From assembly GCA_963693365.1 (NCBI GenBank), contig CAVNZM010000009.1, forward strand, positions 1,242,231-1,306,230: a stretch of DNA of 64,000 nt, given 5' to 3'. How positions within the stretch are numbered: the stretch's first letter is position 1; each line of letters starts with the position of its first letter. The translations under genes were made by a program, and so were the position numbers. This document shows positions 1 through 22,855 of the stretch, one piece after another. The notes under the pieces are model-generated. The model saw only the letters and a program-made list of their open reading frames with translations, did no database searches and was not told the origin of the DNA. The DNA comes from Amoebidium appalachense (lineage: Eukaryota > Protista > Ichthyosporea).

Positions 1-341
1 GAATAATTGTTGCGTGGGTGGAATGTCTCATGATTACTCACACATCCCATAGAAGGCCCTGCGAAACGAATCCGGAGGAGCTGGAAAGAAAACTGTGAGA
101 ATTGATTTCGGACCTTTTTTTCTCTCCTTTTAAATTTTCTTTTCCCCCTTCAACTCCGACCTACACGCTCAGGCCGCAGTTGGAAGGCAGGAGTGGGTAG
201 GTGGGTGGCAAATCATGGTGGATGTTGTGGCTGGTGCCGTGTCCGAAGTTGTTTGTGTGTGAGCGCACGCAAGGGTGGAGTGATGGTGTCTGTGGGTGTG
301 TGTATGTATACGTATGTGTGTGTTTTTTTTTTGTTTTTGTT

Positions 342-382
<41 letters not shown>

Positions 383-1175
383 GGGAGGGATGTAGCGTAG
401 TGTATGCATCACCCATTACATTAAAAAATTACTGGATTTTTTGCATTACGTATCATACGAAATGATCATATTGATACCTGTTGTTTTGTACGGGTCTAAG
501 GGAGCAGAGTGCACAGAGGCGTCATGCAGAGCACGACCAACACAATAAAGAGAGGGCAATCGAAGTTGTTCACGACACAAGACAGTTTGAAACAACAACT
601 GACGTTTATTGCACTCTCGGGCCCTTTTGTTCTGGCTCATTCATCATCTCATCTCAACTAAAAGAAGGGAACCAATCGGGTTCCTTCAAACGACAGGGCA
701 ATACATTCCAATCGAGAAAACGCCTTCTAACTTCCAACACTACAGAAGCTTAGAAACTCTACTTAAATAAATTAAGTAAATCACACAACTTGTCACTATT
801 AATCACATATATATTTACACTCGTCTTTATAAAGAAACTCATCTAAATACATATATTTCCTAATAGGCGACACTCTCAGGTTGATGGCACATTACGGGAA
901 ACAGAATCAAACAGACCTAATGTGTCCAATCAAAAAACGTCTATTAATAGACAGGAATGCAACACCACGGTCTATATATCGGCTCACTCGCGTCTATTGG
1001 TGAGCCCTCCCAATTCGACCTAAAACCAAAGACAACAAAGCTAGCTAACCAATCACTCTACTCACAGTAAAACAGAGGAGAGCAAACACAAGTAAAACAC
1101 AACATATCCTGACAAGCAAGGGAGCCAGGTGTGCACAGGTCTACAGTGCACACAGAAACAAGGGAGAGAGAGTGA

Positions 1176-2070
<895 letters not shown>

Positions 2071-3465
2071 ACCCTCCCACCATGCTCACCCCCCTGGGGA
2101 AACGTAAGTATTAGAGTTTGAGTTTACCTAAGATCGGAAAAAAGACAAAACAAAAAGGCGTGACAAAAATACAAAAACTTGAAAACATAGTCCGATGGAA
2201 GAAGAAAGGTAAAAAAAAAAAAAAAAAAAAAAGGGGGGGGGAGGGGGGGGGGGGGGGGGGGGATGTGCTAGACGAATCCGTGAACTGTGCCCACCCGGGG
2301 GGTTCTCGTCTCTCCACAATAGCATGTGTTGCGACTTTCCAACCACTCATGCATTCATTGTTCGCAACCCATTCCTTCTTATTTCAAAGCAAAAGGCGAG
2401 CCAACCTCTTTTGGCCAAGGACGAGCAGAAAACAGAAAACCCAAACACAAACAAGCAGAAGATACAATGAAAACCCAAGAAGTCAAGTAGAGCCGAAGTC
2501 AGGCTAGTACAGATCCTGCAAAGCTCCTCACCCACTAACTTAACCTATTTACAGAAGAGAAGGGAAGCGGGGAAATAGAGAGACAAAGAGGAGGGGGGGG
2601 GGGGGGGGGGGGGGGGGGAGACAAGAGAGTGAGAGAGAGAAAGAGAGAGAGAGAGAGCTTGGAGGGGGGGAGGGGGGGGGGTGCGCTTACAAACGGTGGT
2701 TAGGGCAGGAGTAGAGAGAGGAATGATGAACGGGTGGTGAGGCGGGAGAAATTATGTAGTTGGAAGGGAGAACTGAAGAAGTATTGTGAAGGGAGACAGG
2801 GGGAATCGGGATAGTAGGTGTTCGAAGCACACAAATATAGGGGATGCCTATGTTGCACATGTGTGTACAGAAACTTACGTTGGCCATTCAGGCCTGTGTC
2901 CGCCAAAACCTGCAGATGTTCCGGAGTCGTGCTAAGTTCGAGCGTTTTCTTAGGCGCCATTGCTCACTCATATGTGTGCCACAGTACGTGTGCGGATCTG
3001 TATGTGCCTGCGTGTGTGTGTGTGTGCGTGCAGTATGTGCCTGCGTGTGTGTGTGTGTGCGTGCAGTATGTGCCTGCGTGTGTGTGTGTGTGCGTGCATG
3101 TGTGTACACGTCCGTGCGAGCGTACGTGCGTGTGTGCGTACGTGCGTGCGTGTGTGCGTGCGTGTATGTGCGTGCGTGTATGCGTGTGTGCGTGCGTGTG
3201 TGTGCGTGCGTGTGTACGTGTGTACGTGCGTGTATGTGTGTGCGTGCGTGTGTGCGTGCGTACGTGCGTGCGTGCGTGCGTGCGTGTGTGCGTGTGTGCC
3301 GGTGTGTGCCACCCAAGAGTGCCACCAACGTGACTGCAGTGCGTCCGTTTATGCCTCTACATCTTATGCCCGGACAATCGATTGTCGAATTGTTCGTTTG
3401 AACTGGTGATTTGGTCATTTGAACTTCCGGTGAATTGTTCATTTATTTGGTAATTTTGGTTATTA

Positions 3466-3520
3466 GGGGTTTACACACTTTTTATTGCGTGGACACTGCC
3501 GGAGGCCCAGCCACATTCGA
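3466..3520 (+). mobile_element. Putative DNA-transposon terminus GGGGTTTACACACTTTTTATTGCGTGGAC
   Basis: Reverse-complement copies at 44690-44743 (about 54 bp) and 22136-22164 (about 29 bp), all stopping at the same GGG end. Confidence 0.5.
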
Positions 3521-3623
3521 CGGCCTACTGCGTTTTCCAGCACAGCCAATCAAATGCAGCCAGTGACATATGTACATGCTAGGCAACAATGAGCGCCATG
3601 GTAGTATCTGACACCCCTACATA

Positions 3624-4445
3624 TTATGGGTAAGCAGATGCTAGCATCGGTAGCTCCGAAAGAAAGTTAAGGCACCGGATAACAATATCATACTGTGCAG
3701 CATTAATAAGGTGATCTAGGATAGTCATCTTAAAACGGATATATTGAGGAAGAGAGGAAGAAAAGAGAATAAAACCGCCAATAACCTCCGGTTCTAATAC
3801 ATTAGCTAACAGGTTGCATTTATTGATAGATATGCAGCCGCGAGTAAACCGCCCCCCACACATATTACACATACGAGCAGGAGACACCAGAAACCGATTA
3901 CTACCGCCAAGCCATAATCATCTTTGCGTTTTTACACCACACCACATTACGAATAAACGAATCTATGTATGAACGAGACTCTCTAACCGTATCCGCCATA
4001 TAGGCTACTAGTAGTTGGTGTTTTTGCGGTCCTAACACCGGAAGGGACTCAACACGTAGAGTAAAAAGATATCTATCAGCCATAGACTTGAAACTATTCA
4101 TATTCACACTATGATCTAGCCGTACCTCCGGGGGGGTCGCCAGCCATTCCACATCATAGGGCTCGGCAATGGGCAGAGACGATGGGGAAGGGAAGAGGTA
4201 GAGGGGCGAATCCGGCGGGGATGCGTGTAGCCGGAAGAGCGGGTGGTCCGGGGCACAAGCGGACAGGCGGGTGATGTGCTCGTGAAATTTAAGGGCTAAT
4301 TCGTGTACGCGTTGTGATGGTGGTGTGAGTGCGTAGAGAGAATCAAAAAGGCGTCTAGGGATAGGTGTGGAAAGACCAGTGAGAAACATACAACAAGTTG
4401 TGTAATGGAAATCATCTATTGATTTGAGGACATTAGTAACAGTAT
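3624..4445 (-). mobile_element. 3' fragment of a divergent LINE ORF2 (post-RT and C-terminal region), degenerate
   Basis: LTPPSQRVHELALKFHEHITRL aligns by eye with LPPARQRMNELGLRFCFHLVRL of the 19.6-21.3 kb LINE. CNMCGGRFTRGC..TILDHLIN parallels CHFC..FSRKH..SIDYLLN. Confidence 0.65.
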
Positions 4446-5532
4446 TATAATGAATTGTCGAATTGTACTTTTGAAATGGTAATTTGGCCATTTATAACGG
4501 TGAAATATGAATTGTCCAAATTGTTCTTTAAAAGTGAAGATTTGGTTATTTGAAAGGGTATATTTTGGTCATTAGATAGGGTGTCGAATTATTCATTTGA
4601 ACAGGTAGTTTGTCATTTGAACATTTGAACCGGTGAGTAAGGGGAATGTGCAGTGCAGTAAATGAATCTCTACATTGACGGATTTGTCGACATCGATCGC
4701 GAATCGCATATTGTTCGATAGGATACACAATCGCAATTATTACAAAGCTGCGATCGTTTTTTGAATATCTAACAAATGTATTCAACGACCTATTGATATA
4801 CCGAATTCGGCATTCGGACCATTGATTTGCTCACTTCAGGCTTGGATATCATGCTGTACCGTACACATGTCTGGTTCTGGCCATGGGACCGTGTTATGTT
4901 CATGATTCATTTCCAAATTGCATAATTGAACTGAATAATGCAGGTTGATAATCAGGCCGTGCACGTGACCACGTTCTCGGCGACCCTGTACGGTATCGAT
5001 CCGGCCCGAGCATACATCATCATGATGATATGTCTGTGCCACCCCGATCAACGCGTACGGGATGAATATGTTTGCGTGAAAAATGATACACGGTCATACA
5101 TGCCGCCGCAGGGGTGGGAAAAGTCAGTGACCCCCCAGCAGTATGTAGCAGCTCGGTCTGGTCACTATATTATGCACTTGCGCATGCTACACTAAAATAT
5201 GGCTGGCACGTCTGCGCGCAAGCTTTCGAAATCTTTCAAAGTCATGTCATGACAGGCCTGAGAGTCTTCCAAGCCACTAATATGGTTTTTATGATGATTA
5301 AACTAAGTATACATGGACCAGATACATGGAACACAGTAGACACCAAGTTTGTGCGCATCGTTCGATTCGTTGTGCTGTTACATGTGCATGCACGTACGCA
5401 TACAGTGTCCGTCCGCGTGCAAGATTGTCCGCCAACAAGATTCCGTCGACGCCGATTTTGCCAAAAAAAATTTTCTTTTGACTGTTTTTTCTTTTTAAGA
5501 TTACGCCGACGGGCCTGTTTTCAGAACAATCT

Positions 5533-5711
5533 TTCGATCTCTTAGCTGTCACGTCAACTTTTTTTCCCGATTCTTCACCATGGCAGGTATATAAAGGAAG
5601 TTCTTCTTTTTGTGGACTTCACCTTCACTTCGATCTCTTAGCTGTCACGTCAACTTTTTTTCCCGATTCTTCACCATGGCAGGTATATAAAGGAAGTTCT
5701 TCTTTTTGTGG
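5533..5711. repeat. Tandem duplication of 83 bp with a 96-bp period
   Basis: TTCGATCTCTTAGCTGTCACGTC...GTTCTTCTTTTTGTGG at 5533-5615 and 5629-5711. Confidence 0.9.
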
Positions 5712-5713
5712 TT

Positions 5714-6498
5714 GGAGGGAGTCCCACTCAGGGGAACGTAACTGCAGCGTGTGTGTGGTGTGGCCTGGTGTATTCCTATTGCTGTGAGAGTGTGGGGGCA
5801 TCTCCCTTTTGCGGAGTTTCTCGCTTGAGAAGTGGTTTCTTCAACGCCTGGTGGTCCACTGCAACCTATGGTAACTTCTACACGCTGTCTACGCTTCTAC
5901 GCGACCTATTGGCGGTGGGCTGCTGCAACTTCTTCAGCTACTTCTGCGCTGCGTGAGTGGAGGGGCGGCTACTTGGTCGTCGGGGAGCTTTCCAAGTGAC
6001 TGCCAGTCCTTAGCCTCCAGTCGAATGACAATGACCGGGTTTGCTTGCAATCATTCTGTAATTGTGTTTTTCTGTGTGTCCTGCCACAACTAGGCCACCT
6101 TATCAGAGAGCTAGATGCAGTTTATCCGGGTTATCTAGGGGCCGGGCCCGTTGAGATTGTTTTTTAGCTCAGATTTGGTCTGCATTGCTCTTTTAGAGGC
6201 TGACTTGCTTGCTGTGCCTCAATAGGTTTTGAGGGGGGCCTGTTGGGAAGGATCAGTAATGATCTCTTCTTGCGGAGTGTGGTCTGGTCAACATCGATGC
6301 ATATGACTAGTTGGAGAAAACTAGTTTCACGCATACACGTACACTTAAGGTTTTGCCCGCTGGTGTCCTTTGTCACTTGTCGCTTTATTTTTATTTCGTA
6401 GCTTTGGCTTTTTTCAGTTTTATTGGTGGTTATGTAGCCTGTGGCTGCACGTTGCCTTCATCAACGGATCAATAAACCCGAGTCAAAAGAAAAAAAAA
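5714..6498 (+). repeat. Dispersed repeat family R2 (longest copy), ending in AATAAA...GTCAAAAGAAAAAAAAA
   Basis: 5714-6333 matches 54229-54851, and 6297-6498 matches 15754-15955. Confidence 0.85.
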
Positions 6499-6641
6499 TT
6501 TTCATTTGGGGTGCAGGTTGTCAGACTCAATCCACGACATAAACTCCCCTAAAACTTGTAATTTCAGCATTTCACTCAATATTTATGGCTATTTCCCATT
6601 TCCAGTTGCACCAGCGGGTTCGGCTCAGCTGCCTTTTTTTT

Positions 6642-6672
<31 letters not shown>

Positions 6673-6685
6673 GGCGGCCTTTCTC

Positions 6686-6723
<38 letters not shown>

Positions 6724-6744
6724 CCCCCCCCCCCCCCCCCCCCC

Positions 6745-6820
<76 letters not shown>

Positions 6821-7049
6821 CCCTCCCCCCCTCCCCCCAACCTCCTTCCCTCTCTCTCTCTCCCCCCCCCCCCCCTCCCCCCCCCCCCCCCCCCCCCCCC
6901 CACTCTCCAAAGAGGGCACACACACAAACGTGCACCACACAGCGAAACGGTCTCTATGTAGCCACTGCTAGCTTGAACCACCAGCATCTTATAAAATATA
7001 ATTACCACGCGTTATCAACTTGATGCACACACCAACTTGCAATGGTCCC

Positions 7050-7101
<52 letters not shown>

Positions 7102-8747
7102 CCCCCGACGGGCTAAGATTATGAGGACAGCCAAAACCTGACTTTCTAATTGAAAAATAAGATTCCGTCCCCACCCCCCAAAAGTGCGGAATCTTCCGCG
7201 CGGACGCAAACTGTATGACAGCGATCGTGATCGATCAATCTTCGGAAGCGCGGACGTGTGCCGCGGATCATCAAACATTGCAGTGCATTTGGTTTAAGCA
7301 TGTTTCTGTCCCAGATATAGAAAATCCCTTCTATACTCCAATAGTATTTGTACATGCAGCAGATACATGGTTGCCATTCCGTTAGTTGTGAACGGTTGGC
7401 TTGAGAGCTTGCACACCGTCATGGCCGTCTCCCGGTAGTGCCAGGCAGCCAGGCACCCCAGATCCCGGTTACCGGCTGACAAAATGCGGCCAATCAGGAA
7501 AAAGATCGGCTCCAAATACGGGTCTGTAGATCCCGTTTGACGATTGGACAGTTATGAAAATATAAATCAAGCTTTCGCGTATTGGTTTAAACGGTACCAC
7601 TGCGTCCATTTGATTGGCTATTGAATTTCGAGCCTATGTAAACAAACAAACGCGCGCTGTCCGGACGGCCCACTACTCAGTCCACTGGGTACAAAGGTAG
7701 ATTCCTTCATGCAAGTGTCTGCCCCTTCATTGAAACCCTAATATCCTTTTCGTGCCCTTTCCCAATTATCAGGTAATAAAAGTGCTGGTATAGCGAAGCA
7801 ACGCGTTACTCTGAGCATTTTTGCGGTAACTAATATTACATAGCTGTTACAGAGCTCCTTCAACTTTCGAATTCACTTCAGGCCGGATTCAGTACGCATC
7901 CACGTAACGGCGCAGTTTTTGATTGATAGCTGGCACGGCGTATATCGTGACTCTGGATCTTGAAGCAACCAATTTAGCTCATTGGCGTAACGCACCTTTT
8001 ACAGTTCATGAATATATCCCGTAACGTCGTTTTCTACATGTGTATTTGTTAGGTGGAAGTACTGTTGACCTTGGTGCCGCTCTCTCCCCCCACATACATA
8101 GCCCAATTAAGTCTTTCGGCCTTGTTTCAAATCATGCATTGCCTTAGTCCGCGGTACACACGTGCCAACACTGTACCAGTAGCATGGGTACTGTATCAGA
8201 ATCACTTGCCAACCCTCTAAGACCGCAAGAGGCTTTTTGACTTTTTTGACGCCACGGTGCACGCAACCTCAGAATTGTACTTCTTGTGCAAAAGTGCGTG
8301 CACGCACTGCTCACAAGTCACATGCTTGCAAAAGGAGAATTTATTGGATAACCAGTGCTGATATTGATTATATCAATTTATGCCAATCATAGCGATAAAT
8401 TCCAACACCAACCATGGCTCTTGGTATGTGTGGGTATTGTAGCAGCTGCAGCAGTGGTTGTCTTGCCCACTTACAAAACCCTCAACAGCTCATTTCGTTC
8501 ACTTTCGTCCTTGCTGGATGTCTCGTTCACATACTGTGTAGTTTTTCTGGCAGACATGTAGAAATACTTATGCTGGCACGTTTTACGACCACTATAGCTA
8601 ATGATCAGACCACATTCACACCTACGGCAAATACTAGGTTAACATATGTGTTAGTTAGAAGGTAACTGATTTCAATGCAAGTTAAACTCAACATACTAAT
8701 ACATAAACTACCCGGCCCTTTATGGGGCCTTACTGAAAGCTTCGAAA

Positions 8748-19105
<10,358 letters not shown>

Positions 19106-19580
19106 GCAGTGGGCTGGATAGACTTGGTGAAAGTCACTGGGTAAATCTGTTCGTTGTGGATTATCTGATCATCATAGTGGATGAATACATATTCCTGGAT
19201 CAGGCCGGATATGTATAATCCTTAAGTTAGGTTACTACGGTCTTTTTCGAGTTTTTATCGATGTTTAATATTAGTTCAAATTGCTCAGCGACTGACCCAA
19301 AACAGTATAAAAGGACATGAATCTCAAGTGTTCCATTTGGGCCAGGCTTGATTTAACAGATGCCTGATAATCACTGCTTACAAATGTGGAACCTCAGATA
19401 CAGATACCATCTGCGAATAACAGCCCCCGCCAATAAGATTTCGCCCCCGGCAAAATCGGTTTTTTTTTTAGATTCTGCCCCCCGGCAAGTTTTCGGGGTG
19501 ATCTTATTGGTGGACGGATGAGTAAATCATACTGGATGATCCCCCGCCAATAAGAGTCTGTCCCCGACCCTCCAAAAAGA

Positions 19581-21290
19581 ATTTTTTTTTATAATGACTT
19601 TATTGATATGCTCAGCAAAATAGAAGCCATCGAGATATCACCGATATCTCGGAGAAGAAAATACAAAAGCCCTCACTCTCAGATACGGAGGAGATAACGA
19701 CTTAAATAATCATACACCCTAGAAGACTCGTTAAACATACCGTGGTTCAACAGATAGTCAATAGACGTAAGATCAGGATTATCTAAATAAGCCAGTCTTC
19801 TAATTTCTAACGGAATAATCTGAGATAAATAAATACATCTATCTAAGTGTTTACGAGAAAAAGGTTCTGCACAAAAGTGGCACAAACATTTATGGAAACA
19901 AAGGTTACAGCGCCAAAATAAACATTTCCAAGCTATATCACAAGGAGGGGTTAGAATTGCAAAATCGGTAAGACGTGGTAGGTTTACGAGAGGAAGGATA
20001 AATATAAGTAGCTAGTTTACACAAAGATTGTAAAGAAAATAGACGAGTCTCTAATATAAAAAGAAGCACAGGCTCAAGAGCCCTACCATTATCACACCGA
20101 TGAAGCAAAGGATATTGACTATGAAACCAATTAAGTAACATACTGCTGATAACTAGTAGAAGAGAAAAATAAAGGAGATAAGTATATAAAAGGATATCTC
20201 GGAATGGGAGAGAGATTGGGGATAGGACATTTCGCACGAACATTAGAAATGCCGGGAACAGGTGCTAAAGAAGGAAAGAATTGCAACAAAGGCTGATAAG
20301 AAGGAAGCCTAACCAAATGAAAACAAAAGCGAAGTCCTAATTCATTCATACGCTGGCGCGCCGGAGGGAGACCAAAAACACTCAGCAAGGGAGCCGCCAA
20401 AGGATGCCTACGCGAGGTTCGAGAAATAAACTGGATGAATTCACGCTGAAAGAAATCGAATTCACGAAGAGCCGTGCGCTGTTGCCGTGCAGGGGCACAC
20501 AAGAGTAACGGGAGGCCATATTCGAAACATGGACGAAGAAAAACTTATTAAAGAGTGAGCAAATTGGCAGGATGAATATTAGAGATATTTGCGAATATTC
20601 CTTGATAGATATGTAAGCGACCACGCGTACGAGAAATGCGCGAAGTCAAAAGGGTTTCAAACCAGATACCCTTAGAGGTGAAAGGAATACCTAAATAGTC
20701 ATAGGAGGACACGATTGGGATAGGTTGATTGTTCAGAGTGTACTGTGCATTGGAAGAAAAGGTGCCGCATTTATCTATCCCAATTTCATGAAATTTCGGA
20801 AACACCAGTCATCTACTCGAGAAAGAATGTTATTCATGATAGAAGGATCGTGAGTGACTAAGACAATATCATCAGCGAAAAAAAGGCCGGAGACACAAGA
20901 GTCGCCGGCAACTGGAAATTGTTGAATTTTTACCGCTAAGTCGTCAATAATAAAGACATCAAAGATAAGGGGACTCAAAAGTGAGCCCTGTAAAAGGCCT
21001 CGAGTACGATTGAATCCGTTACTCAGTACCCCATTCACAACGGCAGCCCCATGGGTGCGGTCAAATAACGCCTGAAGTAGCCGACCAAAGGGAAGAGGTA
21101 GCCCTCGAGAGGCCAACTTGTGCCACAGCAAATTCGTTGGAACCGTGTCATAGGCATTCTTAAGGTCGATAAAGCATACCTCACGACATCCAGAACGAAT
21201 AGTGTCGTGTAATAGAAGAGCATGAGTATAGCACGAATAAGCACGCCGAAATCCGCCCTGAATGTTGCTCAACCGGAAGACACTCGATAA
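19581..21290 (-). mobile_element. 5'-truncated, frameshifted non-LTR retrotransposon (LINE) with RT domain, C-terminal Cys/His motif and poly(A) end
   Basis: RT motifs QGGFR, FIDLKNAYDTV, GLLQGSLLSPLIF, LFFADDIVLV and YDYLGIPF are split across ORFs 20775-21317 and 20548-20805. C-terminal CHFC..FSRKHLDRC..IDYLLN. AATAAA and an A-run at the 3' end (about 19582-19604). Confidence 0.92.
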
Positions 21291-22165
21291 GGTCTCATGC
21301 TTGTGGAAGGCACGCAATATGCAAAAAATTTAAGATTCCGCTTCCCGGGCCACATTTTGGGGGGTTCTTATTCGCGGAAGGTATCTGTAGCTTTTCACAA
21401 TAAATATATAAATCAAATTTATAAGTTCATTGCTGCTTCTGTCATTTGCCTTTGCTTCTTACCAATGTGTTCTTCTTTCTTGGAAATCCAACCAGGGCAA
21501 GCCTTCAGCAGGTTTGTATTTACAAATAATTTTATTAACATGATACATTGGCTATTTCAGCCTGTTGCCTCTGCCTATATATTATTAAACTCAGGTAAAA
21601 CAACCCCGGTTGAACTTTTCATGCTGGACTGTTGGTGCATAGTTTCAAAACTATGTGTGAGTCGTGACGGATGACATTGATGCCCCCCCCCCCCCCCCCC
21701 CCCCCCCCTCTCCCCCCCCCCCCCTCTCCCTCCCTCCCAAACCTCCCCCCTTCCCTCCCTCCCTCCCACGAGCTCGAGCCATCCCTTCAATGAGTTGGTT
21801 TGGGTGCGTGGTCTAAGTTGGGCCCGAACCCGGATGTTGTGGATAACTTGGGCTCCCGCCTGAGGATGGGCCGTGCTTTTTTTACATACTGAGTCTGCAA
21901 ATATCTGTTTTGCATTATCCGTCATGAACGGATAATTTGTGAGCTCTGTAACATATTCTATGTAACCCCCCCCCCCCCCCCCCCCCCCCCCTTCTCCCCC
22001 CCCCCCCCCCCAAAAAAACGACCGCTAAGTTAACACACCACCATCACGTGCACCCCAACGAACATACCCACAGCTACCAAAGGGTATCGGGACTGAAAAA
22101 GGGGAGGATCGATTCTATGGGGATAATAGCTCCGGGTCCACGCAATAAAAAGTGTGTAAACCCCC

Positions 22166-22780
22166 ATGGGTTCTACAGGCCACACAATAGGTTTCTGAGT
22201 GGGGGTCCTATCTTTAAACAGTTCCGAGAAATACTTATCAGAGTCTATGAGGGGGTCTCCAGTGGTATCACCAATAATACGAACAGGGGGGCCAAATCGA
22301 TTCATACTAGCAAGCCGGCGCAAGCTTTCCTTTTGAGACAGGGGCTCACCTAGTCTAGCGGGAGTGGTGTTTGGTAACAAGAGAGCATCGGGATATTCCT
22401 TCCTACCACCACCAGCATAATCACCAAGATCTATTAAATCATCAACAATAAAGTTAGTGCATGTATCTAGTACGAGATGTGAATCTGGTCTGGCTTGTGC
22501 AGATTCTAATAGGCGCATATATATAGGGTGTTTCGAATTGCATAGCATACACATACATCAACTTTACCCCACTGTGACTTGAGCTGGGATAGATAAAAGT
22601 TCAGGTAGTGTCGGGGGGGAAAGCTCACGGAAACCAGCTCCCATTTATCTCCACGGAACCATGCTCCCAAATACAAATGCAGGCCAACCTCCACATGCAC
22701 CTGGCATCGGTTGAGAAGATGCTTACATATCAAGGTTTCTACCCTAGAACAGCCGAGCCGTATCCGGAATGGAACATATA
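22166..22780 (-). mobile_element. Possible degenerate N-terminal part of a LINE ORF2 (endonuclease/linker remnants)
   Basis: Broken ORFs with ELVSVSFPP (APE-like) and DSDKYFSELFKD (pre-RT linker-like), upstream of and on the same strand as the RT fragment. Similarity is weak. Confidence 0.3.
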
Positions 22781-22855
22781 TCTGACATGTCCTTAGAGGT
22801 GTTATATCACAGAGATGTTATATCACATTTGTTTCACCACAACCTATCCAGCATG

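Noticed and set aside
8355-8561. Hydrophobic ORF as an alternative GPCR first exon
   Set aside because: No ATG start in the track's frame and no good donor; 8748-8900 has ATG, signal-like sequence, a GTATGT donor and the correct phase.
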